From assembly GCA_963812655.1 (NCBI GenBank), contig CAWEWX010000039.1:159832-223831 (forward strand): a DNA stretch of 64,000 nucleotides, given 5' to 3'. The stretch comes from an uncultured delta proteobacterium (GTDB lineage Bacteria; Desulfobacterota; Desulfobaccia; Desulfobaccales; 0-14-0-80-60-11). Numbering within the stretch: the first letter of the stretch is position 1; each line of letters begins with the position of its first letter. The position numbers and the translations under genes are program-made. The notes below the pieces were generated by a model. That model did not search any database and had not been told where the DNA came from. It saw nothing but the letters and a program-made list of their open reading frames with translations. Of the stretch, positions 8,845 through 18,421 are shown piece by piece.

Positions 8845-9909
8845 TCAAGGCTGGGTAGGGCGACCCCGCGGGTCGCCCCTACCGAAGTGCCGGGCCATGG
8901 CCTCCAGAACCTCCTCCGGCTCGATTTCCGTGAGACAACGGCTGATCTTGGAGCCCTCACAGCCGTCCCTCCCACAGGGGACGCACTGCCAATCCTTCTG
9001 GAGCACCAGGTGGCCTTCGCCCCAGGGCCCCCAGTTAAACGCGCCGCTGGGGCCGAAGAGGGCCACCGCCGGGGTGTCCACCGCCGCGGCCAGGTGCATG
9101 GGGGCGCTGTCCACGCCGAAGAAAAACCGGGCCCGCTGGATGAGGGCCCCCAGTTCCTTGAGGGTGAGGCGGCCGGCCAGGTTGATGGGGGCCAGCCGGC
9201 TCTCCCGGAGGATGGCGGCTAACAGCTCCTGCTCGTGCGCCGCCCGGCTGCCGGTAAGGACCACCGGCAGGCCCCACTCGCCTTGCAGGGCCTCCAAAAC
9301 CCGGGCGTATCCCCGGGGGGTCCAGCACTTGAAGCGCCAGCCGGCCCCGGGGTGCATCACCACAAAGGCGCGGGGGGCCAACCCATGGGAAGCCAGCAGC
9401 TCCTGGGTGCGCTCTTCCACCTGCCGATCCCAATAAAACTGCAGCCGCGGCCCCGAAGGCGAGAGGCCCAAGGCCCGCAAGGCCTCCAGGTTCTGGTCCA
9501 TCAGGTGCATCCTGACCGCGGGCCGGGGCAGGAGGCGGGTAAAGCAGCCGCGGCGCTGCCAGAAAGGCCGGCGGGGGTGGTCGAAGCCCAGCCGTTCCGG
9601 GGCCCCGGAGAGCCGGGCATAGATGGCCCCCCGGTCGCCGCCGGAGAGTTCCAGGACCAGATCGAAGCGGCGGCGGCGCAGTTCCCGGACCAGGCCCAGG
9701 GCCTCCCCCCAGGATTCCTGGCGCCGCTCCACCACCAGGAGGTCGTCCAGCCCCGGGTGCCCGGCCACCATCTCTTCGGTCCCCTTAGGGACCAGGTAGG
9801 TCAGGTGGCAGTGGGGCCAGGCCTCTTTGAGGGCGGCGATCACCGGGGTGGACACCAGCACGTCCCCGGGCTGCTTCAACTTGATCACCAGGATGCGTTT
9901 AGAACTCAT
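8845..9909 (-). CDS. Glycosyltransferase family 9 (LPS heptosyltransferase-like)
   Basis: N-terminal ILVIKLKQPGDVLVSTPVIAAL and C-terminal GVDSAPMHLAAA are GT9 hallmarks. The last ~13 codons run through a palindromic REP (8854..8883). Confidence 0.85.
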   Translation of the reverse strand: MSSKRILVIKLKQPGDVLVSTPVIAALKEAWPHCHLTYLVPKGTEEMVAGHPGLDDLLVVERRQESWGEALGLVRELRRRRFDLVLELSGGDRGAIYARLSGAPERLGFDHPRRPFWQRRGCFTRLLPRPAVRMHLMDQNLEALRALGLSPSGPRLQFYWDRQVEERTQELLASHGLAPRAFVVMHPGAGWRFKCWTPRGYARVLEALQGEWGLPVVLTGSRAAHEQELLAAILRESRLAPINLAGRLTLKELGALIQRARFFFGVDSAPMHLAAAVDTPAVALFGPSGAFNWGPWGEGHLVLQKDWQCVPCGRDGCEGSKISRCLTEIEPEEVLEAMARHFGRGDPRGRPTQP

Positions 9910-10699
9910 CGTCCTTCCGGACCTGGCGGCGGCCCATGGCCACCCCCCGTTTGGAGGCGCGGATGAAGGCCAGCAGGTGGGCCACCTCCGGAGTCTGGGG
10001 CACCTCGGCTTCCACCTGCTCCAGGGCCCTGCCCAGGTTGGTGCGGCGTCCGAAAAGGATCAGGAAGGCCTGGCGCAGGGGGGCGATTTGGGCCGCGGTA
10101 AACCCGGCCCGGCGCAACCCCACCAGGTTGAGGCCTTTGACCGTGTTGAGATTGTCGATGTTGCTGTAGGGGGGCAAATCCCGGGTGGCTCGGGCCCCGC
10201 CCCGCATCATCACCAGGGTCCCCACCCGGATAAACTGGTGCAGCAGGCAGTTGCCGGAGATGATGGCCCGGTCGGCCACCTCCACGTAGCCGCCCAGCAG
10301 GGCGCCGTTGACCAGGACGACGTGGTTCCCCAGGGAGGAGTTGTGCCCCATGTGGCTCATGGCCATGAGGAAATTGTGGTCTCCCACCCGGGTGGTGCTC
10401 CCGGGCTTGGTGCCCCGGTGGATGGTGACGTACTCCCGGATGAGGTTATGGTCCCCGATAACGGTGTAGCTTTCCGCGCCCGTGAAGGCGTAGTCCTGGG
10501 GCTCGTAGCCGATGATGGCCCCGAAGGCGATGAGGTTGTCCTGGCCGATGGAGGTATGGGGACCGATATAGGCGTGGGCCAGGATGCGGGTGCCGGCCCC
10601 GATGCGGCTGGGGCCGTCGATGGTGACCCCGGGACCCACCGTAACGTCGGGGGCCAGTTCCACGTTGGCGGCGATGTGGGCGCTGGGATCAATGGGCAT
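9899..10699 (-). CDS. lpxA: Acyl-ACP--UDP-N-acetylglucosamine O-acyltransferase
   Basis: Hexapeptide-repeat left-handed beta-helix throughout, and an LpxA-type C-terminal helical domain (KGLNLVGLRRAGF...). Confidence 0.9.
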   Translation of the reverse strand: MPIDPSAHIAANVELAPDVTVGPGVTIDGPSRIGAGTRILAHAYIGPHTSIGQDNLIAFGAIIGYEPQDYAFTGAESYTVIGDHNLIREYVTIHRGTKPGSTTRVGDHNFLMAMSHMGHNSSLGNHVVLVNGALLGGYVEVADRAIISGNCLLHQFIRVGTLVMMRGGARATRDLPPYSNIDNLNTVKGLNLVGLRRAGFTAAQIAPLRQAFLILFGRRTNLGRALEQVEAEVPQTPEVAHLLAFIRASKRGVAMGRRQVRKDDEF

Positions 10700-11453
10700 C
10701 GAGATCCTTCCCCCGGGTCAGTTCCAGCAGATAGTGATATTTCAAGAAATTGTAGCGGCTGCCCTGGATGGCCAAGGACATCCCCAGAGAGCCTTCCAAA
10801 AACCCGGCCTTCAGGAAATAGAGCTTCCAGAAGGTTAAAAACGGACGCCAGCACCGCTCCCCCGGGAGGGGGCGGCGGCCGCGGCCGGCCATCTCCCGGG
10901 CGGCCAGCCGGGCGTAGCGCTCCTGGCGCGCCGCGTATTCCCGGAGATCGTTATAGGAATAGTGATCCAGGGGGGTACGCAAGGTCCCCCGCGGCCCGGC
11001 CATTTCCACCTCTTCGTGGACCTCCCGCTCCCGAAAGCGGCCCCGGCCCCGGCGGAACAGCCGCAAGGTGTAGTCGGGATACCAGCCCAGGCGCCTGATC
11101 CAACGACCGCCCAGGTAATTCTTCCGGGGCACCCGGTAGCCGTCCCGGGGGCCGTCGGCCCGGACCACCGCCAGGATTTCCTGCCGCAGGGCCGGCGGCA
11201 CCCGTTCGTCCGTGTCCAGAGAAAAGACCCAGTCCATCCGGGCCTGATCCAGGGCGAAATTTTTGGTGCCGGCAAAACCCTGCCAGGGGGCGGTAATCAC
11301 CCGGTCCGTATACTCCCGGGCCCACTCCACGGTGCGGTCGGCGCTGCCGCCGTCCACCACCACAATCTCATCGGCAAAGCTCACCGATTGCAGGCAGTCG
11401 CGGATATTGGCCTCCTGGTTCAGGGCGATGATGGTGACGGAAAGGGATGGCAT
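10689..11453 (-). CDS. Glycosyltransferase family 2 (LPS core-type)
   Basis: VTIIALNQEANIRDCLQSV..ADEIVVVDGGSADRT and a DTDE(R) motif, typical of GT2. Confidence 0.85.
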   Translation of the reverse strand: MPSLSVTIIALNQEANIRDCLQSVSFADEIVVVDGGSADRTVEWAREYTDRVITAPWQGFAGTKNFALDQARMDWVFSLDTDERVPPALRQEILAVVRADGPRDGYRVPRKNYLGGRWIRRLGWYPDYTLRLFRRGRGRFREREVHEEVEMAGPRGTLRTPLDHYSYNDLREYAARQERYARLAAREMAGRGRRPLPGERCWRPFLTFWKLYFLKAGFLEGSLGMSLAIQGSRYNFLKYHYLLELTRGKDLDAH

Positions 11454-11508
11454 AAATAGTTTTCCGTTTTCGGGATGGTTCTTATCAGTTAGCGAAAACC
11501 GAAAACTG

Positions 11509-11679
11509 TCATTTCAACGGTTTGGCCTCTTCGATGAGCATGATGGGGATGTCGTCCTTGATTTCATAAAGGAGGCGGCATTTATCGCAGATGAGGCCGT
11601 CTTCCTTCTCCGTCAGCTTAAGGTCGCCCTTACACTGGGGGCAGGCCAGGATCTCCAGCAATTCTTGGTTGATGGGCAT
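11509..11679 (-). CDS. Trm112/YcaR-family small zinc-ribbon protein
   Basis: LLEILACPQCKGDL...LICDKC...Y.I.D.IPIML. Start ATG 11679 is preceded by GGAGG. ycaR lies next to lpxK/kdsB in E. coli, which fits this context. Confidence 0.8.
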   Translation of the reverse strand: MPINQELLEILACPQCKGDLKLTEKEDGLICDKCRLLYEIKDDIPIMLIEEAKPLK

Positions 11680-11771
11680 GAGACCTCCATTTTTTGGTGG
11701 GGGCGGGGCCCACCCAACATAAATCATTTTCGCCAAAGCCGAAAGCTGATGGCTGCAGGCTCACGGCTTGA

Positions 11772-12506
11772 TCAACTCATGTACCAGCCGCCGTTGACGT
11801 TGATGGTCTGGCCGGTGATATAGCCGTCCCGGGCCAACAGCACTACCACGGCGGCCACTTCCTCCGGCGTCCCGAAGCGGCCTACCGGGATCATCATGGG
11901 GGTGACGTTCAAGTGCCCGGTGACCATCTCGGTCTCAATCAAGGCCGGGGCGATGGCGTTCACCGTGATCCCCTCTTTGAACAACTGGCGGGCGTAAGAG
12001 TGGGTCAGCCCCAGCAGCCCCGCCTTGGAGGCGGCGTAGTGCGGCCCGGTGACCCCGCCGGTCTGGGCCGCCGCGGAAGAGAGATTGATGATCCGCCCCC
12101 AACGCCGGGCCCGCATGCCCGGCAGCACCCTTTGGATCACCAGGAAGGCGGACTTGAGGTTCACCGCCAGCATCTCGTCCCAGTCAGCCTCGCTGATCTC
12201 CGGAAGTGGTTTGGCGCTGACGATGCCGGCATTGTTCACCAGGATATCCACCTGGCCCAGGTCCGCTTCGATCAGCGCCATCATGTCGGCCACCTCCGTG
12301 CCCAGGGAGACGTCGGCGCGAACCGGAATGGCCCGGCGCCCCAGGCGTTCGATGCTCCTGACGGTTTCCAGGGCCTGAGCCTCCCGGTGGCGGTAATTCA
12401 CGGCGATATCGGCGCCGGCCTCCGCCAGGGCGAAGGCCGCGGCCTGGCCGATGCCCCGGGAGGCCCCGGTGACCAGAGCTACCTTGCCGGTGAGGTCGTC
12501 GAGCAT
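11772..12506 (-). CDS. SDR-family oxidoreductase (FabG-like)
   Basis: TGASRGIG cofactor motif, NNAG, and the catalytic YAASKAG motif. Confidence 0.85.
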   Translation of the reverse strand: MLDDLTGKVALVTGASRGIGQAAAFALAEAGADIAVNYRHREAQALETVRSIERLGRRAIPVRADVSLGTEVADMMALIEADLGQVDILVNNAGIVSAKPLPEISEADWDEMLAVNLKSAFLVIQRVLPGMRARRWGRIINLSSAAAQTGGVTGPHYAASKAGLLGLTHSYARQLFKEGITVNAIAPALIETEMVTGHLNVTPMMIPVGRFGTPEEVAAVVVLLARDGYITGQTINVNGGWYMS

Positions 12507-12572
12507 CTTTTCTCCGTGAATGGGGCCAACGATTCGCAGTTTAAACGCCTGGGCTGCCAATGCTTCATAATA

Positions 12573-13652
12573 TCAATTCTTTACCCTTGCGGACAAGATT
12601 TTCTCGCAGGCCGCCAGCACCGTCTCCGGGGCCAGGTCCGTCAGACAGCGGGGCGCCGGGCAGCGGCGCTTAAAGCAGGGGCTGCAATCCAGGTCCAGCC
12701 GCACCACCGCGTGGCCCTCGCCGCAGGGCCCGGTGCGCCAGGGCGCGGTGGGGCCGAAGAGGGCCACAACCCTGGTTCCCAGGGCGGTGGCCAGGTGCAT
12801 GGCGCCGGTGTCGGGCGTCACCAACAGAGAGGCCTGGCGCAGCAAGGCGGCCAGTTCCGCCAGGGAAGTGCGCCCGGCCAGATTTATGGCCGGCTTCCCA
12901 ACCTGCTGCAAAATTTCTTCGGCCAGCCCCCGATCCGCGGCGCTGCCGGTGATAGCCACCCGCAGTCCCAGAGTCCGGTTAGAACTGAGCCGGTCCGCCA
13001 GGCGGGCCCAAGCCGCGGCGGGCCACTGTTTGCTGGGCCAGCGGGCCCCGGGGTGCAACACCACCAAGGGGCACCGGCCCTCACCATAAACTTCCGGCAA
13101 CAGATGAGAGACCGCCGTCCCGGCGCCCAGGCCCAGCCGGAGGCGGGGCGGATTTGCCGGAGCCCCCAGGTGGTGGGCCAGGTGCAGGTAGCGGAAAACG
13201 GCATGGGCCTCGGGATCGAAGGGGGCCAGACGCTCGTTCAGGGCCAGATAGCTCAACTCCCGGGTACGGTCATAGCCCAGCTTGCGAGGACTCCGGGCCA
13301 GGGCCACCCACACGGCGCTTTTCAAGAGGCCTTGCAAGTCGATGACCACATCGAAATGGCTGGTCCGCAGACGGCCCAGCAGCCTCCCCAGCAGGGCCGG
13401 ATTGGCCCCGGAGAAGATTTCCCCCGGCCGCAGCCGGGGCGCCACCCAGACCTGGTCCAGGGCCGGATGCTTATCAAGCAGCGGGGCATAGGCGGCCTCC
13501 ACCAGCCAGGTGATCCGGGCCAGGGGATGGGCCGCGCGCAACGCCTCCAGGGTGGGCAGGGCGTGGAGCACGTCCCCCAAGGAGCTGAGCTTTACCAGGA
13601 GGATACGCGGATGCTCTTCCGACAAGTGACGATCCCCAAAAATTCGCGGCAA
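12573..13652 (-). CDS. waaC: LPS heptosyltransferase I-like (GT9)
   Basis: ILLVKLSSLGDVLHALPTLEAL closely parallels the E. coli RfaC N-terminus (IVKTSSMGDVLHTLPAL). C-terminal TPDTGAMHLATALG. Confidence 0.75.
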   Translation of the reverse strand: MPRIFGDRHLSEEHPRILLVKLSSLGDVLHALPTLEALRAAHPLARITWLVEAAYAPLLDKHPALDQVWVAPRLRPGEIFSGANPALLGRLLGRLRTSHFDVVIDLQGLLKSAVWVALARSPRKLGYDRTRELSYLALNERLAPFDPEAHAVFRYLHLAHHLGAPANPPRLRLGLGAGTAVSHLLPEVYGEGRCPLVVLHPGARWPSKQWPAAAWARLADRLSSNRTLGLRVAITGSAADRGLAEEILQQVGKPAINLAGRTSLAELAALLRQASLLVTPDTGAMHLATALGTRVVALFGPTAPWRTGPCGEGHAVVRLDLDCSPCFKRRCPAPRCLTDLAPETVLAACEKILSARVKN

Positions 13653-13771
13653 AGATGTGGGCCTCCGCCGGCGCAGGTTTTATAAGATAGTTCTGGGACG
13701 CAATTCCAGGCCTAGGGCGCGTCTGGCGCGCCATTATGGGTGCGTGAGACGCCGCGCCCCCCTGGCGCAGT

Positions 13772-14332
13772 TCAACCCTTCTTTAAATCTTCCAAAATCC
13801 AGGCGGCGGCGTCCTCCAGGTCCTGGGCCACATAGACCGGCTGCACTGGGGACTGGCTACGGATAAATTCAAATTCCCCCCGGCCGTAGCCGGTGAGGAC
13901 CATGACCCCCTTCACTCCCACGTTGGCCGCGGTCTGGACGTCGGTATAACGATCCCCCACCAGGTAGGAACGCTTCAGGTCCAGGTCCAGGTCGCGGGCG
14001 GCCCGGAAAATCAGTTCCGGATTGGGTTTGCGACAGGAGCAGCCGGCGCTCGGATGGTGGGTGCAGACGTAGAGGCCGTCCAGTCGGGCCCCCCCCTCGG
14101 CCAGGAGTTGACTGAGATGGCGCTGCACCTCTTCCATGAATGCCAGGGGGAAATAACCCCGGGCTGCCCCGGACTGGTTGCTGATGACCACCACCTTCAG
14201 GCCCGCCTCATTGAGGCGGCGGATGGCAGGGGCCGCCTGGGGAAAGACCCGGAAGCGGCTCAGATGGTTGATATAGCCCATCTCTTCGTTGATGGTGCCG
14301 TCCCGATCCAGAAATACCGCGGGGTTGCTCAT
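13772..14332 (-). CDS. gmhB: D-glycero-beta-D-manno-heptose 1,7-bisphosphate 7-phosphatase (HAD-IIIA)
   Basis: FLDRDGTIN (DxDGT nucleophile motif), the Zn-binding C..H...C.CRKP segment, and GDR..D. Confidence 0.85.
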   Translation of the reverse strand: MSNPAVFLDRDGTINEEMGYINHLSRFRVFPQAAPAIRRLNEAGLKVVVISNQSGAARGYFPLAFMEEVQRHLSQLLAEGGARLDGLYVCTHHPSAGCSCRKPNPELIFRAARDLDLDLKRSYLVGDRYTDVQTAANVGVKGVMVLTGYGRGEFEFIRSQSPVQPVYVAQDLEDAAAWILEDLKKG

Positions 14333-14392
14333 TTTTTCCGTTTTCCGTTTTCCGTTTTCTGCTTACTGCTTACTGCTTACTGCTCACTGGCT
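14333..14392. repeat. Tandem heptanucleotide arrays (TTTTCCG)n then (CTTACTG/CTCACTG)n
   Basis: Read directly: ttttccgttttccgttttccgttttctgcttactgcttactgcttactgctcactgg. Fills the gmhB/waaF spacer and overlaps the waaF stop. Confidence 0.9.
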
Positions 14393-15488
14393 CCGTGAGC
14401 CAGGGCCGGGCCGCGGACAAAACCTCTTCCACGCCGATGGCCGTCAGGCAGGCGTATCCCAGGCTGCAGGTGCGCCGCCAGCAAGGGCTGCAGGGCAGGG
14501 GCTGGCGCAGCACCGTGGCCCGGGGAGTAAAAGGCCCGGTGGCCGCCGGGTCGGTGGAGCCGAACAGGGCCACCAGGGGCACCCCCAGAGCGGCGGCGGC
14601 GTGCATCAGGCCCGAGTCGTTGGTGACCAGCAAGTTTAAGTGGCTCAAGACCGCCAGGGCCTGGCGCAAGTCGGTTTTGCCCGCCAGGTCTAGAACCGGC
14701 AGGCCCAACTGCGCCTTTACCAGGTTGGCCACCGGGGCCTCTCCCGGCCCGCCCAGCAGCACCAGGCGGGCCCCGAATTCTCGGGCCAATTCCCTTCCCA
14801 AGGCGGCGAACCGCTCCGGCGGCCAGCGTTTGGCCGGGCCGTAGGCCGCGCCGGGGCTCAAGCCCACCCAGGGGCCGGAGCCGGAGCCGGTGGCTGCAAG
14901 CAACTTCGCCGCGGCCGCGGTCTCCTCTTCCCGCAGGAAAAGGGCGGGGGGCGTGAAGGCCTCCACCTCGCCCAGGGTCTGCAGCAGGCCCAAATAATAG
15001 AAGACCGTGTGCAGCCCGGCCAGGCGCCGCCGCCCGGAGACCGCCGGGTTAAGGAGAGGACTCCGGCCGTCGGCGGCATAGCCCAGCCGCACCGGAGCTC
15101 GCAGCAACCAGAGCCCCAGGGCCGATTCCAGGGAATTGGCCAGGGTTACGGCCAGGTGAAAACGCCCTCGCAGGCCCCAGAGAACCCGCCATTTTTCCCG
15201 GTCGGCGGGGTACGTGATGACCTGCGCCACCCCGGGCAGCCCCAGGAACAGGGGGGATACCCGCCGGGCCGCCAATACCGTGATCTCCGCCTGGGGAAAG
15301 AGGCTGCTTAACCCGGAGAGCACCGGCAGGCTCATGACCGCGTCCCCCACCCAGTTGGGGGTGCGCACCAGGAGGCGGGGCGCCGGCCCCGGGACCGGGG
15401 GAAATTTCCGCACCGGCCGCAGCCGTTGAAAGCGCTGCTTCACCTCCGGGGGCAGGGGCTGTTCTTTAGACTGATAAGGATAATTCAT
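14370..15488 (-). CDS. waaF: LPS heptosyltransferase II-like (GT9)
   Basis: LLVRTPNWVGDAVMSLPVL matches the WaaF-type N-terminus (SWVGDMMMS in E. coli). C-terminal TNDSGLMHAAAALG. I chose ATG 15488 (MNYPYQ) over the longer ORF start at 15557; the start is uncertain. Confidence 0.8.
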   Translation of the reverse strand: MNYPYQSKEQPLPPEVKQRFQRLRPVRKFPPVPGPAPRLLVRTPNWVGDAVMSLPVLSGLSSLFPQAEITVLAARRVSPLFLGLPGVAQVITYPADREKWRVLWGLRGRFHLAVTLANSLESALGLWLLRAPVRLGYAADGRSPLLNPAVSGRRRLAGLHTVFYYLGLLQTLGEVEAFTPPALFLREEETAAAAKLLAATGSGSGPWVGLSPGAAYGPAKRWPPERFAALGRELAREFGARLVLLGGPGEAPVANLVKAQLGLPVLDLAGKTDLRQALAVLSHLNLLVTNDSGLMHAAAALGVPLVALFGSTDPAATGPFTPRATVLRQPLPCSPCWRRTCSLGYACLTAIGVEEVLSAARPWLTEPVSSKQ

Positions 15489-15709
15489 TATTCCTGAGGC
15501 AGGCCCGGCCCGCCCGGTCGGGGGTGGAGGCCCCCGCCGGAAGCACGGCCGGGGCATCGGGCCCAGCGGTAATCGAGGGCGTGCCGGTCACCCCGAATAT
15601 TTTGTTATTTTTGTTATATCGATTATTTACTTAAACCTAACAAACAATGGATTACTATGGTTGATTAAAATGCAATCAATGCCCATTTGCAAACAGGGGC
15701 CCGACTTAA

Positions 15710-15817
15710 CTCCCTCCCCCTGGAGGGGGGAGGGTCGGGGAGGGGGTGGCGTGATCTTGATCTGCAGCGGATATTCGCCACCCTCCCCCTAACCCCCTCC
15801 CCTCAAGGGAGGGGGAA
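15710..15817. repeat. Composite G/C-run inverted-repeat element, copy 2
   Basis: CTCCCTCCCCCTGGAGGGGGGAGGGTCGGGGAGGGGGTGGCG ...spacer... CGCCACCCTCCCCCTAACCCCCTCCCCTCAAGGGAGGGGGA. Same architecture as 4046..4168. Confidence 0.8.
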
Positions 15818-16080
15818 CTTTAATGCCTCGGTCCGGGTGCATTTTTCATCGTTTTGCTTTTACCCTTTTTAGGGGCGGCCATCTGCGGCCTTTAACTGGT
15901 TTCCAGGTTGACCTTGGGAACCGGGTGCCTTGCCCCGCCAGGTAACCGCCGCGGATCGCGATAACCGGGCTATTTCAGAGTACCGATTATTATCGCTCCA
16001 GGGTGTAGGGGCGCCCCGCTGGGTCGCCCTTATTCCAGCTATTTTTAGGTTTCTCTAATCATTATCGCATGAGGGGCAGG

Positions 16081-17187
16081 TTAAAGGAACTCCAGTAGCT
16101 CCATAATTCTCTCCGGCTGGCTGATTTGGGCCTCCACCTCCAGGACCCATAAGGGCATGGTCTGATCCCAGCGTTCAGCCAGGCGGGCCCAATCCTTGGC
16201 GGTGGTGACCAGGGCCGAGGCCCCGGCGGTTTCCGCCTCCCGCGCCAGGGCCGCCAATTCCGCGGGCTGGAAGGGGTGATGGTCCGGAAAGACCCGGAAG
16301 CCCCGGAGCCGCACCCCCAACTCTTCCAGGGTTCGGCGGAAGACCTGCGGCCGGGCCAGGGCGGCGAAGGCCAGCAGGGCTTGATTTTTCAGGACGGTGG
16401 GAGGCTCCGGCGGGCCGGCGGGCGCGAGGCGGACCGCGGCGGGGGTGATGCTGGCCGTCAGCACGGTTTTCTCGGGAAAGCCGCGTTGCAGGTCCGCCAG
16501 GGTGCGGCGGTCCCGGTCCTCCTGAAAGCGGGTGAGGATGAGCACCTGGGCCGCGGTTTTTTTGGTAAGCGCGGCCCGGGGCTCCCGCAGACTGCCCCGG
16601 GGCAGCAGCCAGCCGTTGCCGAAGGGGGCGGCCGCGTCCAGCAGCACGATGTCCAGGTCCCGGTGTAGCTGAAAATGCTGGAAGCCGTCGTCCAGCAGGA
16701 ACAGGTCCGGCCGGACCTGTTCCCAGGCGGCCAGGCCCGCGGCATAACGGGAGGCCCCGGTGTAGACCGCGGCCCCGGGGAGGGTCAGGGCCAGCCAGTA
16801 GGCCTCTTCGCCCGCCTGCGGCGGTTTTTGGTAAATCTGCCGGCCGTCGGAGATGCAGGCGACCCCCTGGTTTTGGCCGCCGTAACCCCGGCTGAGAATG
16901 GCCACCTTGCGGCCCTGAGCCTGAAACAGACGGGTCAGGCAGGCGGTTACCGGGGTCTTGCCGGTGCCGCCCACGGTGAGGTTGCCGACGCTCACCACCG
17001 GGGCCGGCAGACGCCTGGCCCGGAGAATGGACCCGGCATAGAGAGCCCGCCGCATCCGGGCCCCCAGGCCATAGAGCGCGGCCAGCCCCCCGGCCATCGC
17101 GGCCAGGGAACACCTGGGCGCCGGGGCCTCCTCCCCTGCCTGGAGACTATCGAAGAGGCGGTGGAAGTAAGGGTGCATGGTCGGCAC
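16081..17187 (-). CDS. lpxK: Tetraacyldisaccharide 4'-kinase
   Basis: P-loop context VVSVGNLTVGGTGKTPV is diagnostic of LpxK. Length and context fit. Confidence 0.9.
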   Translation of the reverse strand: MPTMHPYFHRLFDSLQAGEEAPAPRCSLAAMAGGLAALYGLGARMRRALYAGSILRARRLPAPVVSVGNLTVGGTGKTPVTACLTRLFQAQGRKVAILSRGYGGQNQGVACISDGRQIYQKPPQAGEEAYWLALTLPGAAVYTGASRYAAGLAAWEQVRPDLFLLDDGFQHFQLHRDLDIVLLDAAAPFGNGWLLPRGSLREPRAALTKKTAAQVLILTRFQEDRDRRTLADLQRGFPEKTVLTASITPAAVRLAPAGPPEPPTVLKNQALLAFAALARPQVFRRTLEELGVRLRGFRVFPDHHPFQPAELAALAREAETAGASALVTTAKDWARLAERWDQTMPLWVLEVEAQISQPERIMELLEFL

Positions 17188-17217
17188 TACTTGTGATTAT
17201 TCACGATTATTACTAAT

Positions 17218-18147
17218 TTAAATTGTTAACTTCGCAATATACGGCTTAATCGCATTTTCAAAACGTATCATCGCATCAACCATTTGTTCAATAATTTTCG
17301 ACCATTTGTTTTCATCACGATATCCACCAATCATGATTTGTTTTCTAATACGTGAAGCTCTCTTAGTATCTAATCGTTGCCAATCTAAGGGTTCTCCAAA
17401 CGCAGATTCAATCTCAGGCTTATGTTTAATAAGCTGATCAAATATCTGCTTATTCTCTTCGTCCTTATCTTTTCCACGATCAATATATAATTCTACCTGT
17501 GCTTCATTCTTTCGTATTGCATAATTAAAGTTCAACCCATATTTTCCCGCACCAGTTCCTATCCAGCCATATTGACCAGGCGTAATACCTGCGTGAAGTT
17601 TAGTTTTCAACTTGGCATAATTTAGTAATTCAGCCCAAAATTTTTGACGAATTGAGTATCTTTCTGCTATTTCCTTCTTAGTAGTGCCTATCTCTTTTCC
17701 CTCTTCGCTTGGGCCGACAATCAGCGTCAGCAAGGGAGCAGGAGGTGACTCTCCAATTTTTATAGCCTCAAGTTTTACTAAGTAGAAATTTGCCGATGAG
17801 GATTCATTGAGCCATGTGATCGCACTGATATGTTCCGGTCTTGGATCAGAAATAATCCAAATAGCCGCTTTGGCACTGAGACCGACCAGATATGTTATAA
17901 GCTTGCCAAGGTGGTCATGATCACTTTTCCCAAGCTGGTTTTCGATTATGACAGAATTGCCGCTTCCATCTTCAGCTATTAAATCAACATTGAAATTCCC
18001 AACCGATTGTTCTCTTTCCACATTTTCTAAACTAAGATCAATGACATCGTTGAGGACATCAATATTTTCTTGAAGCCACTTGGTAAAATCCAAGGCTTCA
18101 TGTTTCCAAACCTCTCGAAGATGGACCCTTTCTATTTTTCCAATCAT
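17218..18147 (-). CDS. PD-(D/E)xK-like nuclease domain fused to a DUF4268-like C-terminal domain (AT-rich islet gene)
   Basis: The N-terminal segment NVDLIAED...SVIIENQLGKSDHDHLGKLITY reads as a D...E-x-Q/K restriction-endonuclease-like core. The C-terminal half (RQKFWAELL...GWIGTGAG..., ELYID...) looks like DUF4268 as I recall it. Composition is strongly AT-rich versus the flanks. Confidence 0.7.
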   Translation of the reverse strand: MIGKIERVHLREVWKHEALDFTKWLQENIDVLNDVIDLSLENVEREQSVGNFNVDLIAEDGSGNSVIIENQLGKSDHDHLGKLITYLVGLSAKAAIWIISDPRPEHISAITWLNESSSANFYLVKLEAIKIGESPPAPLLTLIVGPSEEGKEIGTTKKEIAERYSIRQKFWAELLNYAKLKTKLHAGITPGQYGWIGTGAGKYGLNFNYAIRKNEAQVELYIDRGKDKDEENKQIFDQLIKHKPEIESAFGEPLDWQRLDTKRASRIRKQIMIGGYRDENKWSKIIEQMVDAMIRFENAIKPYIAKLTI

Positions 18148-18250
18148 ATTTAATTCCTTTTTACCCGGAATAAAAAATTGATTAATTTTGATCTCCCTTA
18201 AATTCCCTCTCCCTCAAGGGAGAGGGTTAGGCTGTGTATGGAAAGTCAAC

Positions 18251-18421
18251 CTAGTTCACCTTCCCACCAACAGAAATTTTGGTTTGACCTCCGATGATCA
18301 CGGTGTCCTGGTCTTGGTCATGCAGCGAGGTGTCGGTTTGCCTGGTCTCCGCCACCCCACATGCTGATACTGAGGCGGCCATGATCAAAAATAACAGTGC
18401 GAAAATTAGCTTTCTTATCAT
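18251..18421 (-). CDS. Small putative lipoprotein
   Basis: MIRKLIFALLFLIMAASVSAC has a lipobox-like VSAC. ATG 18421 is preceded by GGAGG. Lies in the same AT-rich islet. Confidence 0.45.
   Translation of the reverse strand: MIRKLIFALLFLIMAASVSACGVAETRQTDTSLHDQDQDTVIIGGQTKISVGGKVN

Noticed and set aside
14333-14392. Could the short tandem arrays or the REP clusters be CRISPR arrays?
   Set aside because: The units are only 7 nt and directly abut each other with no unique spacers. The REP hairpins are irregularly spaced, belong to several families and lack constant repeat/spacer periodicity. No cas genes are in the window.
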